Below are positions 44,511 through 54,371 of a stretch of DNA of 64,000 bases, in pieces. The position numbers were made by a program, and so were the translations under genes. Each line of letters starts with the position of its first letter. The first letter of the stretch is position 1. Below the pieces are notes generated by a model. That model had not been told where the DNA came from. It did no database searches and saw only the letters and a program-made list of their open reading frames with translations. Origin of the DNA: Acidimicrobiia bacterium (GTDB taxonomy: Bacteria > Actinomycetota > Acidimicrobiia > IMCC26256 > JAENVU01); assembly GCA_046598395.1 (NCBI GenBank), contig JBKJIQ010000047.1, positions 81,434-145,433 on the forward strand. The letters run 5' to 3'.

Positions 44511-45725
44511 TTAGTTCAGGCGTTCCACGATCATCGCCATGCCCTGGCCGCCGCCCACGCACATTGTCTCGAGCCCCACCGTCTGGTTGGCGTCTTCGAG
44601 GCCGTTGAGCAGTGTCCCCATGATGCGCGCCCCGGTCATCCCGAACGGATGACCAAGCGCGATCGCTCCACCATTCACGTTCAGCTTGTCCATGCTGATG
44701 CCCAGCGCCTTGGCGGACGGGATCACCTGCGCAGCAAACGCTTCGTTGATCTCCACCAGGTCCACATCGTCGATCGTCATTCCCGCGCGAGCGAGCGCCT
44801 GCCGGCTCGCCTCGATGGGACCGAGACCCATGATCTCGGGATCGAGTCCGGTCACGCCGGAGGAGACGATGCGAGCGATGGGGGTGATGCCGAGCTCGCG
44901 AGCCCGCGTATCGCTCATCACTACAACCGCCGCCGCACCATCGTTGAGTGGGCACGCATTGCCGGCCGTGAGACGGCCGGTGGGACGAAACGCGGGCGCT
45001 AATGATCCCAACTTCTCCCGTGTGGTGCTGGGACGCGGGCAATCGTCCGCGCTGATCACTGCGCCGGCTGCGGTCGTGTACGGCGTGATCTCACGCTCGA
45101 AGAATCCCCGCTCGATCGCGGCACCGGCGCGCTGCTGCGAGGTAAACGCGTAGTCGTCCATCTCTTCGCGTGAGACGTTCTCCACCTCGGCCACATTCTC
45201 GGCGGTCTCGCCCATCGCGATGTAGACGTCGGGCAGCCCGGATGGCGGAGTCCACGGACCCTGGTCGCCCGCGGTGCGAGCGGCGGAGCGCACTGCGGCT
45301 TCGTCGAACCGGTGGTTCTGGGTGTTCGGGGTGTGGTCGGAGCTACCGCCGACCATGAACCGACTCACGGCCTCCACGCCGGCCGCGATGAACACATCGC
45401 CCTCGCCCGCCTTGATCGCGTGAGACGCCATCCGAATGGTCTGGAGCGACGACGAGCAGTACCGGGTAATCGTGCAGCCCGGAACCGTGGGCATTCCCGC
45501 GAGGACCGCCACGACCCGGCCCATGTTGAAGCCTTGTTCCCCGCCGGGGAGGCCACAGCCGAGCATGAGGTCCGAGACTTCGTTGCGATCAAGCTCGGGA
45601 ACCTTCTTGAGCGCCGCGTCCACGATGAATGCGGCCATGTCATCGGCGCGCTCGTCGACGAAGGATCCCTTGAAGGCCCGGCCGATGGGGGTACGGGCGA
45701 CGGCAACAATGACAGCTTCGGGCAT
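44511..45725 (-). CDS. acetyl-CoA C-acyltransferase (thiolase)
   Basis: 404 aa. Nucleophile Cys in RYCSSSLQ, plus NGGAIALGHPFGMTGAR and CVGGGQGMA. Confidence 0.93.
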   Translation of the reverse strand: MPEAVIVAVARTPIGRAFKGSFVDERADDMAAFIVDAALKKVPELDRNEVSDLMLGCGLPGGEQGFNMGRVVAVLAGMPTVPGCTITRYCSSSLQTIRMASHAIKAGEGDVFIAAGVEAVSRFMVGGSSDHTPNTQNHRFDEAAVRSAARTAGDQGPWTPPSGLPDVYIAMGETAENVAEVENVSREEMDDYAFTSQQRAGAAIERGFFEREITPYTTAAGAVISADDCPRPSTTREKLGSLAPAFRPTGRLTAGNACPLNDGAAAVVVMSDTRARELGITPIARIVSSGVTGLDPEIMGLGPIEASRQALARAGMTIDDVDLVEINEAFAAQVIPSAKALGISMDKLNVNGGAIALGHPFGMTGARIMGTLLNGLEDANQTVGLETMCVGGGQGMAMIVERLN

Positions 45726-45762
45726 GACAGCTCCTGAGGAATGTTCGCGGGGTCTGCGGAGA

Positions 45763-46293
45763 TTAGGTGCTGCGGTCGAGTCGACGCAGTTCGTCCCGAT
45801 AACGGGCGCCGTTCTGCACGTACTGACGGGCCCCGAGTTTGATCATCATTTCCGGATCCACCGCGTCGAGCCGAAGCTTGGCCGGCACCCCGAGCGCCAT
45901 CGCCCGACTCGGAACCCGCATGTCGTTGGGTACCAACGCGGCGGCACCCACGAGTGCCTCGTCTTCCACGACGGCACGATGCAGTACGACGGCGCCCGAC
46001 CCGACCAGGGCTCCATTGCCGATCGTGCAGCATTCCATATGCGCGAGATGGCCGATCACGCAGTCGTCGCCGATCAACGTCGGATTCAGCAACGTGGAAT
46101 GGACCACGCTGCCATCCTGGATGCTGGTGCGGGCGCCGACGGTGATCCGGCCGTAGTCGCCGCGCAAGACTGCCTGGGGCCACACCGTGGACTCCGGTCC
46201 GATGTGGACATCGCCGATCACCGTGGCGTCGGGATGGACGTAGGCGGTGGGGTCAATCTGGGGAACGAGGTCGCCGAGCGCGTAGATGGCCAT
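45763..46293 (-). CDS. gamma-carbonic-anhydrase-like (PaaY/YrdA) LbH protein
   Basis: The ATG at 46293 gives MAIYALGDLVPQIDPTAYVHPDATVIGDVHIG, a typical gamma-CA family N-terminus with hexapeptide repeats. Confidence 0.85.
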   Translation of the reverse strand: MAIYALGDLVPQIDPTAYVHPDATVIGDVHIGPESTVWPQAVLRGDYGRITVGARTSIQDGSVVHSTLLNPTLIGDDCVIGHLAHMECCTIGNGALVGSGAVVLHRAVVEDEALVGAAALVPNDMRVPSRAMALGVPAKLRLDAVDPEMMIKLGARQYVQNGARYRDELRRLDRST

Positions 46294-46332
46294 CGCCGGA
46301 GCGTACGGGAACTGCTCCACTACCGTTGCCCC

Positions 46333-47145
46333 ATGCTCGATGCCGACCAACTCACCGGCCACCTCGACGCGATCAGCCGAGATGGATACACCGTGGTGGA
46401 GAACGCGATTGCTCCTGACCTGCTCGATGCCCTCACCGCAGACCTGGTTCGACTCGAGGCGTTCTTCGACGTAGCACCGTCCCCAAATGTCTTCGAAGGC
46501 GCGAACACCCTGCGTCTCTACAACCTCTTGGCCCTGAGCCCGGTTTGGCAGCAGGTTCCCGTCCATGAACACGTACTCCCGATCGTCGAAGGGGTACTTG
46601 ACCGCGGGTGTCTCGTTTCCTCGTTGTCATCAATTCGCATTCAACCGGGCGAGACCGCACAACCCATCCACGCCGACGACCAACTCATGCCCCTCGACAA
46701 GCCTCACGCTCCCACCGTGTGCAACTCGATGTGGGCGCTCACCGACTTCACCGATGCCAATGGCGCCACGCGCATCATGCCAAGCACCCATCTTGCCGAT
46801 CACTCCCCCAACTACGGACAGGCCTGCGACTCGGTGCCGGCGGCGATGCCTCGCGGGAGCGTCCTCATCTGGCACGGTTCGCTGTGGCACGGCGGCGGAC
46901 CCAACTCCACCGAACAGGATCGCATCGGGATCGCGATGAACTATTGCGCGGGCTGGGTCCGCCAACAGGAGAACCAACAGCTCGGTATCCCGGTCGGCGT
47001 CGCCCGCACCTTCTCGCCGCGCCTGCGCGAACTCGTGGGCTACGGCGTCTACAACATGCTCATCGGCCACATCAACAAGCACAGCCCCGAGGAACTGCTC
47101 GATTCCTTCCCCGGCACTGCCCCCATGGTGTGGGACGCGGTATGA
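46333..47145 (+). CDS. phytanoyl-CoA dioxygenase (PhyH) family Fe(II)/2OG oxygenase
   Basis: The ATG at 46333 gives MLDADQLTGHLDAISRDGYTVVENAI. QPIHADD carries the HxD motif, and a distal His lies in LWHGGGPN. Confidence 0.8.
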   Translation: MLDADQLTGHLDAISRDGYTVVENAIAPDLLDALTADLVRLEAFFDVAPSPNVFEGANTLRLYNLLALSPVWQQVPVHEHVLPIVEGVLDRGCLVSSLSSIRIQPGETAQPIHADDQLMPLDKPHAPTVCNSMWALTDFTDANGATRIMPSTHLADHSPNYGQACDSVPAAMPRGSVLIWHGSLWHGGGPNSTEQDRIGIAMNYCAGWVRQQENQQLGIPVGVARTFSPRLRELVGYGVYNMLIGHINKHSPEELLDSFPGTAPMVWDAV

Positions 47146-47164
47146 CCCGTCGGCTCGAGCGCTG

Positions 47165-48073
47165 ATGCACGAAGGCTCGAAGAAAGCAATCTTCGCCGCG
47201 CTCGCCGCGAACGTCGGCATTGCGATTGCGAAGTTCGCAGCGGCAACCATCACGGGATCCGCGTCGATGCTGGCGGAAGCGATCCACTCCACGGCCGACA
47301 GTGGCAACCAAGGCCTGTTGCTCCTCGGCGGACGGCGATCACGCCGTTCCCCAGATGCGGACCACCCGTTTGGTTACGGCGCCGAGCGGTACTTCTGGGC
47401 GTTCGTCGTGGCGTTGGTCCTGTTCACCTTGGGTGCGCTGTTCTCGCTGTATGAAGGCGTAGAGAAGCTCCGGACCCCACACGCCGTGGAAAGTCCCACC
47501 GTTGCGTTCGTGGTACTCGGCATCGCCGTGGTGCTCGAGTCCTGGTCACTGCGCACCGCCATCCGCGAGGCTGGCGCGCATCGCACCGGTGGATGGCGTG
47601 AGTTCATCCGCGACACCAAGAACCCCGAGTTACCGGTGGTGCTCCTCGAAGACACCGGCGCACTGGCCGGGCTTGCACTCGCGCTGATCGGCCTGGGCCT
47701 CGCCGTCGCCACTGACGAACCACGGTTCGATGCGATCGGATCACTCGCGATCGGAATACTCCTTGGTGGCATCGCGATCGTGCTCGCCGTGGAGATGAAG
47801 AGCCTGCTCATCGGCGAGAGTGCGGCACCGTCGGTGCAAGATCTGATTCGGTCGACGATCGCCGGCTCCCCCGAGGTACGTCGTGTGATCCACCTCCGCA
47901 CGCTGCACCTCGGACCGGAGGAGCTCCTGGTTGCCGCCAAGATCGACGTTGCGGTCGTCACCGTTGCCGAGCTGGCCCGGGTGATCGACGCCGTGGAGGT
48001 TCGCGTCCGCACTGCGGTCCCCGAGGCCAACCTGATCTACCTCGAGCCCGACCTCGACCGCTCCAAGGCATAG
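47165..48073 (+). CDS. cation diffusion facilitator (CDF) metal efflux transporter
   Basis: 302 aa. Motifs: AEAIHSTADSGNQ and DADHPFGYGAERYFWAF, with six hydrophobic helices. Confidence 0.9.
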   Translation: MHEGSKKAIFAALAANVGIAIAKFAAATITGSASMLAEAIHSTADSGNQGLLLLGGRRSRRSPDADHPFGYGAERYFWAFVVALVLFTLGALFSLYEGVEKLRTPHAVESPTVAFVVLGIAVVLESWSLRTAIREAGAHRTGGWREFIRDTKNPELPVVLLEDTGALAGLALALIGLGLAVATDEPRFDAIGSLAIGILLGGIAIVLAVEMKSLLIGESAAPSVQDLIRSTIAGSPEVRRVIHLRTLHLGPEELLVAAKIDVAVVTVAELARVIDAVEVRVRTAVPEANLIYLEPDLDRSKA

Positions 48074-48099
48074 CTCCTCCGACGGCGACCGTGACTCCT

Positions 48100-48516
48100 T
48101 TACTCCGGGGTGAAGTCGACGAGAGCGACGGACTCCGATCGACGATCGAGAACGACGCGTACCCCCAGATCGAGGCGTAACTCGCTCGGCGCCAGGTTCA
48201 CCAGGTTCCCAACGACACGCGGGCCCTCTTCCAACTCGACGACCAGCACCGCGTACGGGAGGTGCTCCGCGAACGCCGGGTCGGTCGGGCGGTGGGTCAC
48301 GGTCCAGGTGAAGACGCGCCCACGACCCGCGGTCGGTTGCCACGACCAGTCCGCGGAGCCGCACACAGCACACAGAATGCGCGGCGGATGCCGCCACGTG
48401 ACGCAGGTGTCGCAGCGCTGAAGATGCAGGACACCCGTAGCTGCCGCGCGTTCGTAGAACTCCGCGCCCAGTCCGTTTGACCCCGGCAGGATCCGGTCGG
48501 CGGGCGGCGTGTTCAT
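48100..48516 (-). CDS. DUF35 zinc-ribbon/OB-fold protein
   Basis: 138 aa. Zinc ribbon CDTC...CAVC, followed by the OB-fold block VFTWTVTH...[23 protein letters not shown] overlap with the upstream thiolase-like gene. Confidence 0.85.
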   Translation of the reverse strand: MNTPPADRILPGSNGLGAEFYERAAATGVLHLQRCDTCVTWRHPPRILCAVCGSADWSWQPTAGRGRVFTWTVTHRPTDPAFAEHLPYAVLVVELEEGPRVVGNLVNLAPSELRLDLGVRVVLDRRSESVALVDFTPE

Positions 48517-49688
48517 CGGTCCACTCCGAGAATCGCGATGCTGCCGTCGCCGAAGTCGCCCCAGCCGGTCACGAGGCCGAGCTCGGCACCCGGTACCTGC
48601 AGGCTCGCGTCACCCCGGATCTGACGCACTGCCTCAACCACGTGGTTCATGCCCCACATATGACCTTGTGAGAGCAACCCGCCGTGCGTATTGGTGGGCA
48701 GTGCGCCGTCCATCCCGAGCCGACCGTCACGCACGAACGCACCTGCCTCTCCCCGTTCACAAAATCCCAACGATTCGAGCTGCAGCAACACCACGTAGGT
48801 GAAGCAGTCATAGATCTCGGCGAAGTCGATGTCGTTCGGTCCGACCCCCGCCATCGCGAACGCGCGCGGCGCCGCGTCGGACAAACCAATGTGGAACAGG
48901 TCGGGCCGGTTCGCGATGTCGTCCGCCGGCGACGGGTGACCTTCACCAACGCCGAGAATCATCGCGGGTGGTTGCGCCAAATCCCGGGCGCGTTCCGCCG
49001 ACGTTACGACCACCGCGGCCGCGCAATCGGTCTCCACGCAACAGTCGAACAGCCGGAACGGCTCACTCACCCACGGACTGGCGAGGTAGTCGTCCATCGT
49101 GAGTTCTCGGCCCCGCATCAGCGCCTTCGGGTGGTGATGGGCATGCCGACGAAATGCGAGTGCGACCTCGCCGGTGTCTGAGGCCAAGGTGCCGTAGAGC
49201 TGTTGATGGCGGGTGGCGATCCAGCCGTAGAACTGTGCCGCGGAACGAGCCCCGTACGGCAGATAAAAGTCGACGAGTACGTCGGCGACCGCGTTGGCAT
49301 CCATGCCTCGTCGGGGTACGCGTTGGCCGGGACGGTGACGGAAGACCGAATACCCGTTCCAGCCGACGACCACCAACACCGTGTTTGCCACCCCGGCCGC
49401 AACCGCGATCGCCGCGTTCTGGACGGCCGCGACCGACGACGCGCCGCCCATATGGACCGTCGCGGAATACGCGACCGACGGAATCCCGAGATTTGCCGCG
49501 AGCTCCTCCACCGTGGTGTAGCCAGGTGGCGGCACTACGCCGTCGATGTCTGCGGTGGTCAGCCCCGCGTCGGCGATTGCTTCCTGGGCGACGCGCAACA
49601 TCATCTCCACGGGCAACTCATCGGCACCGCGGAGGTATTCCGTTTCGGCCACGCCCACGATCGCGGCGGCGCCGGACAACCCGCTCAC
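48513..49688 (-). CDS. thiolase-fold lipid-transfer (SCP-x/Ltp-like) protein lacking the canonical nucleophilic Cys
   Basis: GTG at 49688, 1 nt after the upstream gene's stop codon (49690..49692). Contains [24 protein letters not shown] and [11 protein letters not shown]. The position where thiolases have xCASG reads HMGGASS. Confidence 0.82.
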   Translation of the reverse strand: MSGLSGAAAIVGVAETEYLRGADELPVEMMLRVAQEAIADAGLTTADIDGVVPPPGYTTVEELAANLGIPSVAYSATVHMGGASSVAAVQNAAIAVAAGVANTVLVVVGWNGYSVFRHRPGQRVPRRGMDANAVADVLVDFYLPYGARSAAQFYGWIATRHQQLYGTLASDTGEVALAFRRHAHHHPKALMRGRELTMDDYLASPWVSEPFRLFDCCVETDCAAAVVVTSAERARDLAQPPAMILGVGEGHPSPADDIANRPDLFHIGLSDAAPRAFAMAGVGPNDIDFAEIYDCFTYVVLLQLESLGFCERGEAGAFVRDGRLGMDGALPTNTHGGLLSQGHMWGMNHVVEAVRQIRGDASLQVPGAELGLVTGWGDFGDGSIAILGVDR

Positions 49689-49689
49689 G

Positions 49690-50772
49690 TCACGTCCCCC
49701 CGTGGGCCGGACCGCCCACCCGAGCGAACGCGTCGACCACGCGGGCGCGCCAGTCGAAGAGATCTCTGCCGCGTGACGCATCGGTCCGACCCATGCGCAC
49801 GACGACGAGATCATTCGCCGGCGAGATCAAGATTGATTGGCCTTCGTAACCGTTCGCCCAGAAGGATCCGCATTCGTCGTTGGTGACCCACCATTGCCAT
49901 CCGTAACCACGGCCGTCGTCCGGATCGATGGAACGTAACCGCCGGCCGCTATCGACCCAACCCTCCGGCAGCACTCGCTGTGCGTCCCACACCCCGTCCC
50001 GCAAGTACAGGTAGCCGAATCGTGCAAGGTCCTCGGCGGTCGCATGGACATACGACGACGCCACCCAGAGACCGGTGGCGTCCATCGTGGGTGCTGCCGT
50101 CGTCATACCGATTGGTTCGAACAGCCGGTGCCAAAGAAAGTCGACATACGGTTCCCCGCGTCCGATGACGTCGGCCACGATTCCCGAAATCACGTTCGTC
50201 GTCCCGCTCGAATAGTTGAACCGGGCGCCGGGTGCCGCCGTCGCGGGACGGGATCGAGCGAACGCACCCACATCCGCGGTCCCCTCCCCAAAGAGCATGT
50301 CAATGACTTGTGATCCTCCGGCATCCACGTAGTCCTCGTTCCACGCGAGGCCGTCGCGCATCGCGAGCAGATCGGACAGCGTGATCGAGGCCCGTTCGTC
50401 GCCCCGCCACTCCGGAACCAGCCCCGCTTCGTCGAGACGCAGCCGACCCTCCCCTACGAGGATGCCGACGATGGCATGCAGCATCGATTTCGCCATCGAC
50501 CACGAGAGCAGCGGTGTCGATCGGTCCACGGGGGTCGGGTCGCCAACCCAGTTCGGCAGGGCGTTCGCATACCGTTCCGCAACCAAGCGACCGTGATGCA
50601 CCACCAGGACTGCATAGGTGGTCTCGTAGCGCGGGTCGGTAAACATCTCGTCGACCAGGCCCTCGACATCGATGGCAGCCGGCACCGTAGCCCGCTCCCA
50701 TGCGGTCGTCGGCCACGCCAGCCCGGCGGGTTGGGACGGCAAGGCAACGAGAGGGGCAGCGAGATTCACCAT
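49690..50772 (-). CDS. serine hydrolase (beta-lactamase / class C-like family)
   Basis: 360 aa with an ATG start. SxxK motif in [10 protein letters not shown]. Confidence 0.85.
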   Translation of the reverse strand: MVNLAAPLVALPSQPAGLAWPTTAWERATVPAAIDVEGLVDEMFTDPRYETTYAVLVVHHGRLVAERYANALPNWVGDPTPVDRSTPLLSWSMAKSMLHAIVGILVGEGRLRLDEAGLVPEWRGDERASITLSDLLAMRDGLAWNEDYVDAGGSQVIDMLFGEGTADVGAFARSRPATAAPGARFNYSSGTTNVISGIVADVIGRGEPYVDFLWHRLFEPIGMTTAAPTMDATGLWVASSYVHATAEDLARFGYLYLRDGVWDAQRVLPEGWVDSGRRLRSIDPDDGRGYGWQWWVTNDECGSFWANGYEGQSILISPANDLVVVRMGRTDASRGRDLFDWRARVVDAFARVGGPAHGGT

Positions 50773-50857
50773 GGCCTTTACCTTGGCACGCGGTGGCCGG
50801 CCCGAGCACGTTGCGATCGTCCAATAGCCTCATCGGACCCCAACCAGGAGCGGCCCC

Positions 50858-52333
50858 ATGACCGAACCGATTGCGACGACAACCTCCGGCACGGTTCGGG
50901 GCATTACCCGCGATGGCATTCACGTCTTCCGATCGATTCCCTATGCCGCGCCGCCCGTCGGATCCCGCCGGTTCCGCCCACCGGAACCGGTTGCCCCGTG
51001 GGATGGCGTACGTGACGCCATCGCATTCGGACCCGTCACACCGCAGAATCCGTCGCCACTGGAGACGATGATGGGGGCGCCCGAACCCGTCGTCAGCGAG
51101 ACCGACTCGCTCAGCCTCACGATCTTCACGCCGGCGCTCGACGATTCCCTGCGTCCGGTGATGTTCTGGATTCACGGTGGTGCGTTCGTCATCGGCTCCG
51201 GATCCTCACCGATCTACGACGGTCGCCGGTTCGCACAGAACGGTGATGTGGTGGTCGTCAGCATCAACTATCGGCTCGGTGCGTTCGGATTCCTGCACCT
51301 CGAGCAGATCTTCGGCGCCGAGTTCGCGGGATCCGGCAACGCCGCCATCCTCGATCAGGTCCTGGCCCTCGAGTGGGTACGAGACAACATCGCGGCCTTC
51401 GGCGGCGATCCGGATCAGGTCACGATCTTCGGAGAATCCGCGGGCGGCATGAGCGTGGGGACCCTGCTCGGGATGCCCGCAGCGCAGGGTCTGTTTGCTC
51501 GCGCGATTGTGCAATCGGGCGGAAGCTCGTTCTGCGCCACGAGTGACGCTGCCACAGAAGTTGCTCGCTCCGTGCTGGCTGCGGCAGGGATCAAAACTGT
51601 GGCCGATCTCGAGTCGGCCTCGATGGACTCGATCCTCGCCGCTCAGGGCAAGGTGTCGGCTTCGGTTGCGACGATCGATCTCCCGTTCATGCCCGTCGTC
51701 GATGGCACGGCGCTCCCGCAACGGCCGATCGACGCGATCCGGGACGGTCTCGGCGCGGTTCCCACCATCATTGGCACCAACCTCGACGAGATGACGCTCT
51801 TCACCGTCCTCGATCTCGGACTGGGCGACATCGACGTCGACGTTGTGAGCGCTGCGCTCACCGCGACCTTCGGCGATGAGGCGGAGCACGTCCTGGCCAC
51901 CTACGCAAGCCTCTACCCGGATGCCGATCCCATGGACCTGTTGGTCACCATCGGGACCGACCGGGTGTTTCGCCATCCTGCGCTGCGTCTGGCCGAAGCC
52001 GGCTTGGATACTCGCCCCACGTTCATGTACCTGTTCACGTGGCCGTCTCCGATCATGGCGGGCAAACTCAAGAGCTGCCACGCGCTGGAGTTACCGTTCG
52101 TGTGGGACGCGCTCGAGCGCCCGGGGCTCTCATTGCTCACCGGCGACGGCCCCGAGCGCGCATCGCTCGCCACCGCCATGCACACGGCCTGGATCAAGTT
52201 CGCGAGGACCGGCGACCCCGGGTGGCCCGCGTACGACGTCGAGCAGCGCGCCACGCAACGCTTCGACGCTCCGCTCGAGATTGTCCACGACCCGATGCCC
52301 GACCAGCGCATCCTTTGGGCCGACGTCCACTGA
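50858..52333 (+). CDS. type-B carboxylesterase/lipase
   Basis: 491 aa. AGGAG lies upstream. Motifs: FRSIPYAAPP, IHGGAF, and the nucleophile elbow GESAGG. Confidence 0.92.
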   Translation: MTEPIATTTSGTVRGITRDGIHVFRSIPYAAPPVGSRRFRPPEPVAPWDGVRDAIAFGPVTPQNPSPLETMMGAPEPVVSETDSLSLTIFTPALDDSLRPVMFWIHGGAFVIGSGSSPIYDGRRFAQNGDVVVVSINYRLGAFGFLHLEQIFGAEFAGSGNAAILDQVLALEWVRDNIAAFGGDPDQVTIFGESAGGMSVGTLLGMPAAQGLFARAIVQSGGSSFCATSDAATEVARSVLAAAGIKTVADLESASMDSILAAQGKVSASVATIDLPFMPVVDGTALPQRPIDAIRDGLGAVPTIIGTNLDEMTLFTVLDLGLGDIDVDVVSAALTATFGDEAEHVLATYASLYPDADPMDLLVTIGTDRVFRHPALRLAEAGLDTRPTFMYLFTWPSPIMAGKLKSCHALELPFVWDALERPGLSLLTGDGPERASLATAMHTAWIKFARTGDPGWPAYDVEQRATQRFDAPLEIVHDPMPDQRILWADVH

Positions 52334-52363
52334 GTTCGTCCTCGGAACTCACCGACTCGGGCA

Positions 52364-53143
52364 CTACTGAACGGTGGCACCGCCGTCGACCACCAAGGCG
52401 TGACCCACCATGTAGCTCGCGGCATCCGAGCAGAGCCACACGATCGCGGCGGCGATCTCACTCGGTGTCCCCAGGCGGCCCATCGGTACCCCTGCGGTCA
52501 TCGCTCGCTCCACCCGCTCATCGCCGCCCATGAAGCCTTCGAGCATCGGCGTTCGCACGCTCCCCGGACAGACGCAGTTCACTCGCACACCCCGGGGCGC
52601 ACACTCCAGGGCGGCCGACTTGGTGAGCCCCACCACACCGTGCTTACTGGCCACGTACGCAGGAAGTCCGGCGAAGCCCACCAGGCCGGCACCCGACGCG
52701 ACGTTGACGATCGCACCGCGCCCGGCCTTCACCATCACGGGCAGTTCTGCTCGCATCGAAAAGAACACGCCGTCGAGATTGACCGCCATCGTGGCGCGCC
52801 AGGAGTCGAGCGGATAATCGACCACACTGCCCGGTTGCCCGGTGGTACCCGCGTTGTTGACCGCAAAATCCAGCGCACCGAAGGTATCGACACAGGCAGC
52901 GACCAGGGCCTCGGTTGCCTCGGGCCGGGTCACGTCGGTCTCGACGAACACCGCGTCCGCGCCCAGTGCGATTGCCTCGGCCACCACCGACTCTCCCGCG
53001 CTCGACGCCGCCGCCAGATCGGCCACGACCACCTGCGCCCCAACTCGCGCGAACTCCAACACCGTGGCGCGGCCCAAGCCGGACGCAGCACCGGTGACCA
53101 ACCCGGCTCGGCCACGCATCGACGACGAACCAGGATCGCTCAC
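52364..53143 (-). CDS. SDR-family oxidoreductase
   Basis: 259 aa. VTGAASGLG, NNAG and YVASK. GTGA overlap with the upstream SDR. Confidence 0.9.
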   Translation of the reverse strand: MSDPGSSSMRGRAGLVTGAASGLGRATVLEFARVGAQVVVADLAAASSAGESVVAEAIALGADAVFVETDVTRPEATEALVAACVDTFGALDFAVNNAGTTGQPGSVVDYPLDSWRATMAVNLDGVFFSMRAELPVMVKAGRGAIVNVASGAGLVGFAGLPAYVASKHGVVGLTKSAALECAPRGVRVNCVCPGSVRTPMLEGFMGGDERVERAMTAGVPMGRLGTPSEIAAAIVWLCSDAASYMVGHALVVDGGATVQ

Positions 53144-53943
53144 CCGAAGTACTCCCCGCCGTTCACGTCCAAGGTCTGACCGGTGATCATCCGGGCCATG
53201 CCCGACGCGAAGAACACAATCGATTGCGCAATGTCCTCTTGCGGCGGAATCTCACCCAGGGGAATTTCACGGGTGATTTCGTTGATCACGTCCTCACGAG
53301 ACAACCCGCGCGACGACATCTGCCAATCGACGTACATCTGGACATTCGGCCCCCAAATCCAACCGGGTACTACGGCGTTCACCCGAATGTGATCGACCGC
53401 GAGTTCGGTCGCCAACGACCGGGTCACGGTGATGAGTGCACTCTTGCTCGCGGCGTAGCCGGCTTCGTTGGGTCGAATCTTGCGAGCGCTCTGGGACGCC
53501 ACCATCACCACGCTGCCGGCACCGCAGGCGCGTAACGCCGGGAGACACGCTCGCGTCATGTTCACCGGGCCGAAGAAGTTGACTTCGATGATCTTGCGCC
53601 AGACATCGAGGTCGGCATCCGCGACCGATTGGAACGCGTCACCCCGAAAGGCACTATTGACCACGATGTCGATCGCGCCGAACTCCTCCGCTGCCCGCGC
53701 CGCGATGCGCTCGCAATCCTCGGGCTTGGTCACGCTGCCCGCCACCGCGAGTGCCTGTCCCCCCGAGCCGGCGATCTCCGCCGCCACATCGTCGAGGCGC
53801 TCGGCGTTGCGCGCCACCAGCACCACCGCCGCGCCTTCTCGGGCCAGGGCGAGTGCGGTGGCACGGCCCAACCCCGGGCCGACGCCGGTCACAACCGCGA
53901 CCTTCCCATTCACGAGTCCCGGTCGTGTCACCGCCGCCCTCAC
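53140..53943 (-). CDS. SDR-family oxidoreductase
   Basis: 267 aa. VTGVGPGLG and YAASK. Confidence 0.88.
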   Translation of the reverse strand: MRAAVTRPGLVNGKVAVVTGVGPGLGRATALALAREGAAVVLVARNAERLDDVAAEIAGSGGQALAVAGSVTKPEDCERIAARAAEEFGAIDIVVNSAFRGDAFQSVADADLDVWRKIIEVNFFGPVNMTRACLPALRACGAGSVVMVASQSARKIRPNEAGYAASKSALITVTRSLATELAVDHIRVNAVVPGWIWGPNVQMYVDWQMSSRGLSREDVINEITREIPLGEIPPQEDIAQSIVFFASGMARMITGQTLDVNGGEYFG

Positions 53944-54272
53944 ACGGTCCCCGGCCCTGCGTGAATACCGTCTTCATCAGCCGAGCGGGTTCTGCCCGAA
54001 CGGCGGAGCGCGGCCACCAACTCCGAACTCGAATAGAGCACCGCCGCCCCCACGATCGCCGGTCCGAGGACCAGCAGAGCGAAGAGCCAGTGAAACGCAC
54101 CCTCACCACTTTCGGCTCCCACGGTGTAGTTCGTGATCTTGGCCGCGGTCGTCGAGACCGTAGTCTGGGCTGGAAAGGCAGCCCCGATCACAAAAGCACC
54201 GGCTACCCCGATGATCAACAACGCGGCCGCCAAGGCTCGCAGTCGATTCGCCCGTCCCTTACTGTTCGCCAC
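53940..54272 (-). CDS. hypothetical small membrane protein (2 TM)
   Basis: The GTG at 54272 is preceded by GGGGGAG. Two hydrophobic helices (LAAALLIIGVAGAFVIGAAF, WLFALLVLGPAIVGAAVLY). Its stop overlaps the SDR start (GTGA). No family recognised. Confidence 0.4.
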   Translation of the reverse strand: MANSKGRANRLRALAAALLIIGVAGAFVIGAAFPAQTTVSTTAAKITNYTVGAESGEGAFHWLFALLVLGPAIVGAAVLYSSSELVAALRRSGRTRSADEDGIHAGPGTV

Positions 54273-54371
54273 TGCTCCCCCTCGATCGTTCTCGGTTTCG
54301 CGTTCGCGTTCGGTCGCCCCGAAGGGCGACAGGGTGTCAGGATCGGCGTCGGCCGGCAACCCGGAGGTTCC

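Noticed and set aside
44497-45042. Upstream half of track ORF 43906..45042
   Set aside because: It overlaps the canonical thiolase gene (44511..45725) in a different frame and is low-complexity. Only the distal DinB-like part looks like a real protein.
45436-46332. First 299 codons of the 569-aa plus-strand ORF 45436..47145
   Set aside because: This part is antisense to the thiolase and gamma-CA-like genes. Only the part from ATG 46333 has PhyH-family features.
50806-50815. Second TetR operator (GCACGTTGCG core match)
   Set aside because: Only the central 10 nt match, and the outer palindrome arms are absent. A single 10-mer match in 64 kb of GC-rich DNA is not strong enough, so it is mentioned only as a lead.
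52332-52350. Hairpin GAGTTC-gtcctcg-GAACTC between the convergent esterase and SDR genes as a bidirectional terminator
   Set aside because: The stem is only 6 bp with three A-T pairs, there is no U-tract, and it overlaps the stop codon. That is too weak to call.
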